Source: Burkholderiales bacterium | GTDB lineage: Bacteria; Pseudomonadota; Gammaproteobacteria; Burkholderiales; SG8-39 | DNA length: 62,559 nt | Direction of reading: 5' to 3' | NCBI GenBank assembly: GCA_038903735.1 | Contig: JBCKLP010000002.1 | Coordinates: forward strand, 1 to 62,559 | Shown: piece after piece, positions 1 through 9,222 of the stretch | How the letters are laid out: each line of letters opens with the position of its first letter | Position numbering within the stretch: position 1 is the stretch's first letter | The notes under the pieces: generated by a model | Databases searched by the model: none | What the model was told of the DNA's origin: nothing | What the model saw: the letters and a program-made list of their open reading frames with translations, nothing else | Made by a program: the position numbers and the translations under genes

Positions 1-940
1 TTTGAGTACGATCATGTAGTCCCAGTTGTAATTGCGGCAGCGGGTGAACAGCGGACCATTGGGATACAGTCCGTCTAGCAGCAGCATCACCGGCAACCTG
101 GGAAAGGCCTGTTTGATACGCGCGGCCAAGCGGTGAAAGGCGCGCAGCTCGCAGTCTTGTTTGTTTTGTGCGGCGTCGCCTTGCTGATAGTCGAGAAATT
201 CGCTCATCAGCGGAATCACCATGCCGTTGGCAAAGCACAGATTGGCCTCCAGAACGTAGACCGAATACTGGTAACGGGCCTGCTCGGGCGTATCCTGTGA
301 GCCCGATACCCGGCGCTCCTGCAGCGCATCGCACCACAAAGTAGCCCCGCACATCTTCTGCGTGCCGTCGATGGCGATGGGATAGCAGTTATTGATCCGG
401 TAGTGGGCAAACTTCTTCTTGCGGATGAGCCGCTGGACTAGATCGAGATGGGCCTGCTCGATTTGGCTGACCTTGATCCTGGACAGCAGACGAAACAGGG
501 TATCGGCATGCGGCAGACGGTCCAGTTCCGGGAACAGCAGAGGCAGGTTGTGCTCGAACATGGGCCGGGTGATCTCGGTGTTGGCATGCCGGCGTGAGCT
601 AAACTGCAGAACGAACACCAGCAAGCCATAGAGCATTAAGCTGGTGAGCGCGTGCTGGATCTTTTTGGGGTTGCGCGGATCGTCGATTTGACGCAGTCGT
701 TTGAGCAAAACCGGCCATTTGGATTTGATCAGGCGGGCTTGCTCTGTGACGCTGTGGATGCGCGCCTCACGCTCTTCGTCGATGCTTTGATAAGGGCAAC
801 GGCGACTGACCACAGCCGGCTCAGTGGGAAGTATCAGCCCCGCGGCCTGTTGTTGCTGGCGTAATTGACGGTACTGGTGTTTTTTTTTGCTGCGCTTGCT
901 TGACTGCCTCTCGCGCCGGAGGCCGGCTCACTTTGCTCAT
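1..940 (-). CDS. IS4-family (DDE) transposase, 3' end beyond the window edge. The reading frame is broken at a T9/A9 homopolymer.
   Basis: My own minus-strand translation: the ATG at 940-938 gives MSKVSRPPAREAVKQAQQKK and then terminates. The +1 frame starting in the A9 run (plus-strand T run 880-888) is open to position 1: HQYRQLRQQQQAAGLILPTEPAVVSRRCPYQSIDEE...NNCYPIAIDGTQKMCG...FPRLPVMLLLDGLYPNGPLFTRCRNYNWDYMIVLK. The spacing of the acidic residues is typical of IS4-like DDE transposases. Confidence 0.75.
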
Positions 941-1848
941 GGCTCATGTCTCCTCTGGAGTTGCTCGGAACACAGCAGCTGACGGAATTGGCGCTGCAGC
1001 GGTTTGACAAAGATCAGCTTGGGCGAGCTGCGATAGTGCTTGCCGGGCCGCCTCAAACCGCGACCGCTGGTGTGTCCCAAGAACTGCCAGCCGGCGGCGC
1101 GATAACAGCTGCCCCGATAGTGGGCCGGATCGACAAAGCTCTCTAGCAGCAGCGGCTCAAATCCCCAGCTCGCTTGCCAGTCATCGGCCAACTGCCCTGC
1201 TGCCAGCTGGCCCAGCACATGACTGGCTAAATTCTCAACCCGTACCCAGGGATAAATTAGGAAACGATTGTTGTTAACCACCCACGGCAGGTTAGATAGC
1301 CGCTGCCTCGCACTCCAGCCGATCCAGCGGTCGCGTGGCTCAATGGCCTTGGCCGCACCACAAAACAGCACATAGCCCAGGCTTAAAGCAGCACTCTCAA
1401 TGCGGTAGCGCGCCCAAAAGCCAAACGGCTTGCGATAGCCCAGCGGATGAAACTGTTCAAGGTAGGCGTTGCACAGCGCGGCTTCGTGCGCATCCACCAA
1501 CAGACGCAATCGCACGGGCGCGAGCTCGGCCAAGCTGCACTGCAACGGCTCCCCGGGAGCAACCCGCAGCGGCGTTCGTGGCCGGCTCACCTGCGCACCA
1601 CCGCGCGTGCTACGCGCCGGCAAGACAATCTCGCCACGCGCCTCCAGCCGCGCCAACAGCTTCGTGCACGCGTCATATTTGGGCCCACCTGCCGGCGTTA
1701 ACCACCCCAGATGTTCGCATAGCGTGTAGGTCAGCTCCGTGCGACTCAACCTCGGCCAGCGCTTGATAAAACTACGGATGTAGGTAATGTCCTCGGCACC
1801 GATCTGGCGATTGGATTGCCACAGGCTCGACTCTTCAGGCGGCAGCAT
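937..1848 (-). CDS. DUF4338-like protein (IS-associated accessory ORF)
   Basis: 303-aa ORF. The block NNNRFLIYPWVRVENLASHVLGQLA...DWQASWGFEPLLLESFVDPAHYRGSCYRAAGWQFLGHTSGRG matches my recollection of Pfam DUF4338, the domain also found in Druantia DruA. Its stop overlaps the transposase ATG. Confidence 0.8.
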   Translation of the reverse strand: MLPPEESSLWQSNRQIGAEDITYIRSFIKRWPRLSRTELTYTLCEHLGWLTPAGGPKYDACTKLLARLEARGEIVLPARSTRGGAQVSRPRTPLRVAPGEPLQCSLAELAPVRLRLLVDAHEAALCNAYLEQFHPLGYRKPFGFWARYRIESAALSLGYVLFCGAAKAIEPRDRWIGWSARQRLSNLPWVVNNNRFLIYPWVRVENLASHVLGQLAAGQLADDWQASWGFEPLLLESFVDPAHYRGSCYRAAGWQFLGHTSGRGLRRPGKHYRSSPKLIFVKPLQRQFRQLLCSEQLQRRHEP

Positions 1849-1980
1849 CGAGCGTAATTCCTCTTCAGCGGTATTTTCTCAGCCTTCATTGTGCCGAAGA
1901 AAATTCGGCTTGTTTAGCCCTTTCGCGACGAAATTTTATTCACCCCCCGTCCAAACCCTTATACCATCAGCGTTTCTTAA

Positions 1981-2694
1981 CTCGTGCGTCGGGGCTGGGT
2001 CATTTACACTGGTGTCGACAGTGTCAATTGCCGCCCTAAATGGGAAGTGTCAAATGACGTCAGGCAGGATCTTCGCCGTGGATATGGCGTTGCCGAAGAA
2101 AAGAGCATCGTCCTCGTTTTCGCCGGGAGGCTGGTGAAAGAAAAGGGCGTGAACGAGCTGCTCAGCGCATTTGATCGATTGCGCTCCCTGCATGGTGATG
2201 CCGTGGAACTCCTGATAGCGGGGAATGTGCGCAAAAGCGACGACCCAAGGAATGAAAAGGCAAGCTATGGTAGAGCGATACTGGCACGGATCGAGGATAC
2301 TCCCGGTGCACGTTGGGTCGGTAGCCTGGCGCCAGCCGACGTCCATGCATTTCTTGTGGTCGGCGACATATTCGTGATGCCATCTCTATGGCATGATCCC
2401 TTTCCAACTGTAATGCTGGATGCCGCGGCTGCTGGACTTCCCATTGTTGCCGCTGCACGTGGCGGCATCACTGAATTTCTGACGGGGTGCCCGGGATTTG
2501 ATTCGACAATGCAGCCTGAGAATGCGGAAAGTTTGGCTGCTGCCATCGAAGGGTATATGGGAGACGCCGGGCAGCGTCAGGCAGGCGCCCACTGGCTGCG
2601 AAGCAGGGTAGAAATGCAGTTTGACTGGTTGCGGGTTTGCGCCGAATTTGAAGACTTGTACGACAGGTTACTGGTTGCGGGGCCATCCCAATGA
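1981..2694 (+). pseudogene. GT4 glycosyltransferase, 5'-truncated (C-terminal half only)
   Basis: The frame opens at 1981 directly after a TAA. The product begins inside the conserved block ..VIYTGVDSVNC..SIVLVFAGRLVKEKGVNELL..FVMPSLWHDPFPTVMLDAAAAGLPIVAA... That is only the second Rossmann half (~230 aa) of a ~380-aa GT-B enzyme. The IS lies immediately upstream. Confidence 0.8.
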
Positions 2695-3866
2695 CCTATT
2701 GGCTCACCTCGGTGCCGTTCCTGCTTCTGCTGTTCATATTGCCCTTTCCCGGGACTGTGGCTCTGCGATTGAGCTGTCTGGCCGCGGCCTTTGCAATTGC
2801 CGCTTTTCTCTGGAAGAAAGCGGACCCGCCACCGTTTCCTTGCAAGGCAGTGCTTACGTTCTGGATAGGCGTCGCTTTTGTATCCCTCCTTTTCGCTGTT
2901 GACCTCAGCTATAGCCTGGGCGAGATCAAAAACGAAATTGGTTACGCGATGATGGCGCTATTTGCATTCTTTGTCGTTTCCCGGGACGAGCGCAGGGTGC
3001 TGCAGGGTTCGCTCGCGATTGTTCTGTCCATTGCTGTCATCTCGACGTGGTCTTTGTGGTTTCAGTTGCACCTTGGCTACTGGAAAGAGGACGCTGGACA
3101 TGGAGGCGTCGCTGCATTTACCGGACTATTGTTGATGGCCCTTCCGGCGCTATTTATCCTTTGGCAAAGGCAACGACGTGTCAGGCCTTTCTTGCTGCTG
3201 GTCGCGGTATTGGCCCTGTTGGTGGGAGCGTATGGGCTCCAAAGGATGCTCTGGGTTGCGCTAGGGATAGAGATTGGCGTGTTGGTCATGCTTTTGCTTT
3301 TCAAGGGGAGTATGGGCATGAGTTGCCGCCGCGCGATGATCATTTTGACCGCGACGGTAATTTCTGTGGCATTACTTCTTCTTGTGGCGCAGACGACGCG
3401 TGTCGTCGTGAGCGGGCCCGAAGTCGAGATTCAAAACGACGTTCGATTGCGTCAATGGTCTGCGGTAATGGTGCGGATCCTTGATCAGCCCATGACCGGA
3501 GCGGGTTTCGGACGGAACGCCATGAAACTGGGGAGCCCCGATCTGGTGAATCCCGGTTCCCTGTTCTGGCACGCGCATAACCTGTTTCTCAATTACGGCC
3601 TTGCCATGGGATTGCCTGGAATGATTGCGCTAATGTCGGTGTTCGGCGGCTTGTTGCTTCAATACTGGCGCATGTACCGGAGTCCGAATCAGACACTGAC
3701 CGTCCTGGGGATAGCAGGACTGCTGCTGGTCATTGGCGTTCTACTGCGTAATTTCAGCAACGATATGTTTCAGCGCGATTCGGCACTGTTGTTCTGGTCG
3801 ATGAATGGGCTTTTGCTCGGTTACGGGTTGCGCCTATCGCGGAATGAAGATCAGACGCAGAAATGA
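2691..3866 (+). CDS. O-antigen ligase/polymerase-family (Wzy_C-type) integral membrane protein
   Basis: 391 aa with many hydrophobic spans. It has a loop motif ..GSLFWHAHNLFLNYGLAMGLPGMIAL.. typical of the O-antigen ligase family. ATGA overlap with the upstream ORF. Confidence 0.8.
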   Translation: MTYWLTSVPFLLLLFILPFPGTVALRLSCLAAAFAIAAFLWKKADPPPFPCKAVLTFWIGVAFVSLLFAVDLSYSLGEIKNEIGYAMMALFAFFVVSRDERRVLQGSLAIVLSIAVISTWSLWFQLHLGYWKEDAGHGGVAAFTGLLLMALPALFILWQRQRRVRPFLLLVAVLALLVGAYGLQRMLWVALGIEIGVLVMLLLFKGSMGMSCRRAMIILTATVISVALLLLVAQTTRVVVSGPEVEIQNDVRLRQWSAVMVRILDQPMTGAGFGRNAMKLGSPDLVNPGSLFWHAHNLFLNYGLAMGLPGMIALMSVFGGLLLQYWRMYRSPNQTLTVLGIAGLLLVIGVLLRNFSNDMFQRDSALLFWSMNGLLLGYGLRLSRNEDQTQK

Positions 3867-4978
3867 AAATCGCTTTCTACAATGTCACTGCAACTTCCAT
3901 TCATGGTGGACTTGAAACCTATTGTTGGGAGCTGGGGCGGGCATTGGCCCGACGCGGACATGAGGTCAGCATTGTCGCCGGCGATCGTGGCCAAGCCTGG
4001 CATCGGGAGGTCAGCCTGCATCAGTTTCCCTTCCGATCGGAAAAAGAATGGCCGGATCTCGGGGTGCGCTTTCGCAGACTGGCCGAGCGCCTGTCGTTTG
4101 CACGCACTTCCCTGGATCATCTGGTGGCCGCTGGGTACGAAGCGGTGATTGTCAATAAGCCATTCGACTTCCCGATATTGTGGCGCGCCAAGCAACGTGG
4201 TCTGGCTGCCAGGATCTTGTTTCGATCAGGCGGAACCGATTTTTTCCCTGGCGACCGTTGGTTTGCAAGTGTTATTCGACATTGGGTTTCATCCAGCCAT
4301 TACAACGCCCGCCAGGTGCGGGAGCGCTACGGACGCCACGTAGAAGTCGTTCACAATGGTGTCGACCTTGACGCCTTCCAGCCGCTTGCCAAGGATGCGA
4401 CGCAGCGCTTGCGTCTGGGCGCGGGGCCAGAGGACCTGCTTGTCGTCAGTGTGGGCCGGCTGGTCGGCTGGAAGGGGATTCGAATAATCATCGAGGCGCT
4501 GGCTGGAATTCCAGAGCACGTGTGCTATGTCGTGGTGGGAACGGGGGCCGAGGAGACAGCCTTGCGCTCGCAAGCGGCGTCGCTAGGGCTGACAAACAGG
4601 GTGCATTTTGCCGGGCAGATCGACCATGCCGATTTACCCCAGTTGCTCGCGCAATGCGATCTTTTTGTGCAACCCTCCATTGGCGAGGAAGCGTTTGGTA
4701 TCAGCGTGGTCGAGGCAATGGCCTGCGGATTGCCGGTTCTTGCCTCCAATAATGGCGGCTTGCCGGAGATCATCATTGAGGGTGAGACTGGCGCTCTGCT
4801 GATGCCGGGTGACGTTCAGGTCTGGCGCGAGGCGATTGCACACCTTGCGGCCGATGCGCAGAAATTACGCGATCTTGGCGCGGCGGCCCGCTTGCGTGTA
4901 GAGGCCCATTTTAGCTGGTCGGCCAATGCACAGAAACACGAGGCAATCCTGGAATCTGGCGCATGTGCGGCATCCTAG
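3863..4978 (+). CDS. GT4 family glycosyltransferase
   Basis: 371 aa. MKIAFYNV..GGLETYCWELGRALARRGHEV.. and the C-terminal EEAFGISVVEAMACGLPVLASNNGGLPEII (E-x7-E region). Start overlaps the previous stop. Confidence 0.9.
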   Translation: MKIAFYNVTATSIHGGLETYCWELGRALARRGHEVSIVAGDRGQAWHREVSLHQFPFRSEKEWPDLGVRFRRLAERLSFARTSLDHLVAAGYEAVIVNKPFDFPILWRAKQRGLAARILFRSGGTDFFPGDRWFASVIRHWVSSSHYNARQVRERYGRHVEVVHNGVDLDAFQPLAKDATQRLRLGAGPEDLLVVSVGRLVGWKGIRIIIEALAGIPEHVCYVVVGTGAEETALRSQAASLGLTNRVHFAGQIDHADLPQLLAQCDLFVQPSIGEEAFGISVVEAMACGLPVLASNNGGLPEIIIEGETGALLMPGDVQVWREAIAHLAADAQKLRDLGAAARLRVEAHFSWSANAQKHEAILESGACAAS

Positions 4979-6855
4979 GGGCGGCGACGGACACCGGGGC
5001 TGCAGTCAATCTTGACGCGGCGATTGACCGGCTTCATCACCGCGGTCCGGACGACTCAGGCAAATGGAGCGGACCGGGCATGCAGCTCGGCTTTGTTCGC
5101 TTGTCGATCCTTGATCTCTCGCCGGCGGGGCATCAACCCATGGCAAGCCCGGATGGCCGATTCATAATCGTTTTCAATGGCGAAATCTATAATTTTCGCG
5201 AATTGCGCGCGGATCTGGAGGCCTTGGGTGAGACCTTTCGCGGCCACTCCGATACCGAGGTCCTTCTGCGCCTGTTTCAGAGGGAAGGTTTCGAGGCTTG
5301 TCTGGCCAAGTTGCGCGGGATGTTTGCATTCGCGGTTTGGGACAGCATGGAACGCGTTCTTTATTGCGCCCGAGATCGCTTAGGGGTGAAACCAATGGTC
5401 TATGCGCAGACAGATCGCGGATTCCTGTTCAGCTCGGAGATCCAGGGCTTGTTTGCGCTTGCGCCCGAATTGTCGCGGCGACCCGACTATCAGGCGATTG
5501 ATCATTATCTGACATTCCAGTACATACCCGCGCCAATGTCAGGATTCGAAGCCATCCGAAAATTGCCACCGGCACACGCGATGGTGGTGAAGGATGGCCG
5601 TATCCAGCGACTGTTCCGCTACTGGGATGTCGATCCATTCAAGCAAAGCCGGATTTCGTTTGGCGAAGCTTGTGAGGCCATCAGGGAGATGGTGCTGGAG
5701 TCGACGCGCTTGCGCTTGGTGGCAGACGTGCCTTTGGGGGCTTTCCTGTCAGGCGGGGTGGACTCATCGATTACCGTTGCCGCCATGGCACGATTGGGCG
5801 CTTCGCCTTTGGAGACATTTTCCATCGGATTCGAAGATGAGCGCTTCAACGAATTGCCATTTGCCCGGGAAGTCGCGGCGCACCTGGGCACAGAGCATCA
5901 CGAGATGATAGTCAAGCCCGATGCGGTATCCATCATGCCGAAAATGATTGATCACCTGGGCGAGCCCCTGGCCGATAACTCGGTGATGCCGACTTATTAC
6001 GTTTCCCAGTTTGCCCGGAGCCGGCTTACGGTGGCGCTGACAGGTGATGGTGGTGATGAGGTATTTGCCGGCTACCGCCGTTTCTACCAGATGCGCCGGA
6101 TGGAGTGGCTGGCTGCGAGAGGCTTGTTGCCGGCGTGGCAATGGCTGCGAAAGTTGACGGTGGCTCTGGAAGACCGGGCCCGACCCGGCAGGCCCAAACG
6201 GGTGTTTCCCTCCAGCCGCGCCGATCAGATTTTGTCAATGGACGGAATCGACCGCTACAAGCATTTGCTGGCGTTTTTTCCCGATAATGAGAAAGGCAGC
6301 TTATATACGCCCGCCTTCCAGGAGCGTATCGGCATGTCGCGCACCAGCGCCTATCTGGCAGGACATTTTGACAGGCCGGGAGCGGATCTGCTCAATCGCT
6401 ATCTTTATCTGGATATGAAGACCTATCTGCCCGAGGACATTCTGTTCAAGGTGGATATCGCCAGCATGGCAAATTCACTGGAGTGCCGCTCGCCATTCCT
6501 GGATCACCGGTTGATTGAATTCGCGGCATCATTGCCGGGAAGTTACAAGCTTTCGGCCCGGGGGCGCCACAAGCATATTCTCAAGGAAGCCTTCAATGAC
6601 TGGCTTCCCCCGGGTTTCATGGACAGGCCCAAGAAAGGGTTTTCAGTCCCGCTGTCACGCTGGTTGCGCGAGGATCTCGCACCCATGATGCAGGATCTGT
6701 TGATCGGGCAGAAACGGCTTGCGCCCTGGTTCGAACAGAAGGCCATCGAGCGCTACGTGAGCGAACATGTCTCAGGCAAGGCGGGGCACAGCACCCGATT
6801 GTGGCCACTGTTCGTGCTTGCCTTGTGGATAGAGCGCTTTCACGTGCCAGTCTGA
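4963..6855 (+). CDS. Asparagine synthase (glutamine-hydrolysing) family amidotransferase, WbpS-like
   Basis: 630 aa. N-terminal MCGILG nucleophile, ..HRGPDD.., and the PP-loop FLSGGVDSS. Confidence 0.9.
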   Translation: MCGILGAATDTGAAVNLDAAIDRLHHRGPDDSGKWSGPGMQLGFVRLSILDLSPAGHQPMASPDGRFIIVFNGEIYNFRELRADLEALGETFRGHSDTEVLLRLFQREGFEACLAKLRGMFAFAVWDSMERVLYCARDRLGVKPMVYAQTDRGFLFSSEIQGLFALAPELSRRPDYQAIDHYLTFQYIPAPMSGFEAIRKLPPAHAMVVKDGRIQRLFRYWDVDPFKQSRISFGEACEAIREMVLESTRLRLVADVPLGAFLSGGVDSSITVAAMARLGASPLETFSIGFEDERFNELPFAREVAAHLGTEHHEMIVKPDAVSIMPKMIDHLGEPLADNSVMPTYYVSQFARSRLTVALTGDGGDEVFAGYRRFYQMRRMEWLAARGLLPAWQWLRKLTVALEDRARPGRPKRVFPSSRADQILSMDGIDRYKHLLAFFPDNEKGSLYTPAFQERIGMSRTSAYLAGHFDRPGADLLNRYLYLDMKTYLPEDILFKVDIASMANSLECRSPFLDHRLIEFAASLPGSYKLSARGRHKHILKEAFNDWLPPGFMDRPKKGFSVPLSRWLREDLAPMMQDLLIGQKRLAPWFEQKAIERYVSEHVSGKAGHSTRLWPLFVLALWIERFHVPV

Positions 6856-6862
6856 GCTGCAG

Positions 6863-7984
6863 ATGCAGAAGATCGTTGCCCAGCTTAATCTGCAGGAAAG
6901 CCTTGGGGGTGGCGAGGTCTACACGCGTTTCCTGGTTACGGCCTTCCACGAACTGGGTTGGAAATCACGCGTTTTCGTCAACCCGCGGGCGAACTTCTGG
7001 CCGGACTTGCTGCCGGCGGATACGGAAATAGTGAGATTCGAGTCAATTGCCCAGCTCGAAAGCAGCGTGTCAGAAAATACCTCGATGCTGTTGACGCACT
7101 CGGCGCTTGACGCGCCCGCGGCGCAACGCCTGGCAAAGCTGACCAGCTTGGTCGCTATATTGCACATGCCATTGTACGAACGGCTTCCAGGCGGGCTGCC
7201 GCATTACCATCGGCTCATGGCGGTATCCCGGCATGTTGCGGACAGCGCCCGTGCCCGTGGACTTGATTCGGTATCGCCTGTGGAGCTTTTGGGTGTGGCC
7301 GATTTGCAGCCGCGGGGTCCTTCGGAGGCCTTGATCAAGCGCAGTTGCTATGACTGGGATCGCAGAAAAATCCGCGACAGGATAATGGGCTGGATGGCCT
7401 CGCTTGTGCCGCGCGTTGACACAGGTATTGCTTTTGAACCTGCGGGTGGCGCATTAACTCTCGGAATCGTCTCGAGGCTTACGCCGATCAAGCAGTTTCC
7501 CTTGATGTTCCGGTATTTGGCCCCGGTCATTGCGATGCAAGCGGAGGTGCGTCTGGAAATATTCGGCAGTGGCGGCTATGCGTCGGTTCGTGACCTGCGT
7601 AGGGCATTAAGACCCTGCGCTTCCCAGGTCCGTTTCTGGGGCCATCAATCCGATGTGCAGGCGATTTACCGGCGGCTTGACTATGTGCTTTCCGGGTTGC
7701 CGGAAAAAGAGGCCTTGGGGCTGAATTTGATCGAGGCGCAGGCCTGCGGCACACCCGTATTGGCGGTGAACGGGCCGCCATTCACGGAGACAGTGGTCGA
7801 CGGCGAGAGCGGTTTCCTGTTTGAGGACCCGCGTAACGATGGGGGCAAGGATTTTGCCGCGCTGTTACAAGGGTTGCGGAAGGGTAAAACCAGGCCCCAC
7901 CCTAGCCCAATGTCTGCGCACCTTCAACGCTTTTCAGCGGAAGCATTCAGGACCCACCTGGAAAGTGCTCTGGAAGGGCTTTAG
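6863..7984 (+). CDS. GT4 family glycosyltransferase
   Basis: 373 aa. ..GLPEKEALGLNLIEAQACGTPVLAVNGPPFTETVVDGESGFLF.. (GT-B E-x7-E region). Confidence 0.85.
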   Translation: MQKIVAQLNLQESLGGGEVYTRFLVTAFHELGWKSRVFVNPRANFWPDLLPADTEIVRFESIAQLESSVSENTSMLLTHSALDAPAAQRLAKLTSLVAILHMPLYERLPGGLPHYHRLMAVSRHVADSARARGLDSVSPVELLGVADLQPRGPSEALIKRSCYDWDRRKIRDRIMGWMASLVPRVDTGIAFEPAGGALTLGIVSRLTPIKQFPLMFRYLAPVIAMQAEVRLEIFGSGGYASVRDLRRALRPCASQVRFWGHQSDVQAIYRRLDYVLSGLPEKEALGLNLIEAQACGTPVLAVNGPPFTETVVDGESGFLFEDPRNDGGKDFAALLQGLRKGKTRPHPSPMSAHLQRFSAEAFRTHLESALEGL

Positions 7985-7988
7985 GGCC

Positions 7989-9221
7989 ATGCATATCCTA
8001 TATCTGCATCCCAATGCCTGGACCGGGGAATATGCCGTACTGAATGAATTGACTCGACAGGGACACAGGCTCAGCGTGCTGGAGGAGAAACGTAAGCTGG
8101 GCGCGGCACGCTTGCTTTTGACGTACTTCCGCAGCAAAGACGATGGCATTGAAACCCTCTGGTATGACCCGGGACGGGGGATCGAGAAACTGCTGACCTG
8201 GCCGCTGGATCGATGCGTCAAAAAGGGCTTTGACGGGAGAAATCTTGTGCATCGAATGTGGATGATCCGCGCCGCGGTCAATCACTTTCGCCCCCAGGCA
8301 GTGATTTCGAGTGAGGGATTCAGTTACGGCATTCCGGCGGCATTCCTGAAACGGATTGGCCTGTTACGCCCCCCATTACTCACCAGTTTTATCGGGGGAG
8401 ACATTCTGGATTGTCCCGAGGCTGAGGTGGGAAAGCGCCGCGACGGCAGCACGGGATGGCTGATCCGCGCAGCGCTCGCGACACCGGAGCTGCTCCGACC
8501 GGTGTCACCGCTGGTTGGAGAAAGCCTGCGGGCCGAAGGTGCTGACCCCGCCAGGATGCACGTTATTCCCAGCCATCTGGTACTTGATTCGCAAACTGTC
8601 ATTAGCTTGCATGCCCGTCGTGACGGGTTGCGGGATGTGATCCGGCGTCAATACGCCATTCCAGCGGGCGCCCCCGTGTTGGTTACTTTGGGAGGAAATC
8701 AAAAGGGCAAAGGCATCCAGTTCCTGCTGGAGGCCTGGCCCCGCATACTGCAGGCAATGCCTGGGGCGCGCTGGCTGCTGTGCGGACCGCGTGATCCCTG
8801 GTACAGACGTGAAATTGAACCGCGGATAGCCGAATTTCCAAGCATCATAAGCACTGGCACGCTGTCGGGAGACGCAGTTTTCGAACATCTGGCTGCGGCA
8901 GACCTGCACGTTAATCCTTCCCTGTGTGAAAGCCTGAACATGGTGACCGTAGAGGCCGCCGCCGTAGGGACACCCAGCATCACCAGCGATGGCGCGGGTA
9001 TCGCGCATTGGGTACGACAGTACAACGCCGGATGTGTGGTGCCGAGGGGGGATGTCTCTGAACTGGCCGATGCTATAATTGCTGCGCTTCAATCATCTGA
9101 AACGCGCCTGCGATGGTCAGAATCCTGTGTGGACCTGGCCAAGGAATTCTCGGTGGAACGGGTAGCGCGAATGCTCGTCGAATGCTTCGTTTCCCTCCCC
9201 CATTTGCCAGCCAAAAAATAA
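7989..9221 (+). CDS. GT4 family glycosyltransferase
   Basis: I trimmed the ORF-track call 7821..9221 to the ATG at 7989 (MHILYLHPNAW..), just after the upstream stop at 7984. C-terminal ..NPSLCESLNMVTVEAAAVGTPSITSD... Confidence 0.85.
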   Translation: MHILYLHPNAWTGEYAVLNELTRQGHRLSVLEEKRKLGAARLLLTYFRSKDDGIETLWYDPGRGIEKLLTWPLDRCVKKGFDGRNLVHRMWMIRAAVNHFRPQAVISSEGFSYGIPAAFLKRIGLLRPPLLTSFIGGDILDCPEAEVGKRRDGSTGWLIRAALATPELLRPVSPLVGESLRAEGADPARMHVIPSHLVLDSQTVISLHARRDGLRDVIRRQYAIPAGAPVLVTLGGNQKGKGIQFLLEAWPRILQAMPGARWLLCGPRDPWYRREIEPRIAEFPSIISTGTLSGDAVFEHLAAADLHVNPSLCESLNMVTVEAAAVGTPSITSDGAGIAHWVRQYNAGCVVPRGDVSELADAIIAALQSSETRLRWSESCVDLAKEFSVERVARMLVECFVSLPHLPAKK

Positions 9222-9222
9222 C

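Larger units (their letters stand above)
1..1980 (-). mobile_element. Partial insertion sequence: DUF4338-like ORF followed by an IS4-like DDE transposase. The distal end lies beyond the window start.
   Basis: Two co-oriented minus-strand ORFs are joined by an ATGA stop/start overlap (937-940). The element abuts a glycosyltransferase gene whose homology only begins at ~1981, so I place the proximal boundary at ~1850-1980 by inference. Terminal inverted repeats cannot be defined because the other end is outside the window. Confidence 0.6.

Noticed and set aside
937-1848. The DUF4338 ORF as part of a Druantia anti-phage system.
   Set aside because: None of the large Druantia partners (the DruE-type helicase and others) is present. 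The ORF is translationally coupled to a DDE transposase, so it is better explained as an IS accessory gene.
7821-7988. N-terminal extensions of many ORF-track calls (starts at 7821, 10692, 29318, 35435, 38701, 41662, 42800, 55533, 55991, 58841, 58537, 59541, 62404, 49977, 49986).
   Set aside because: The extensions overlap the preceding gene and translate to non-homologous Arg/Pro-rich sequence. An internal ATG/GTG/TTG coincides with the family N-terminus and usually forms an ATGA/GTGA overlap with the upstream stop.
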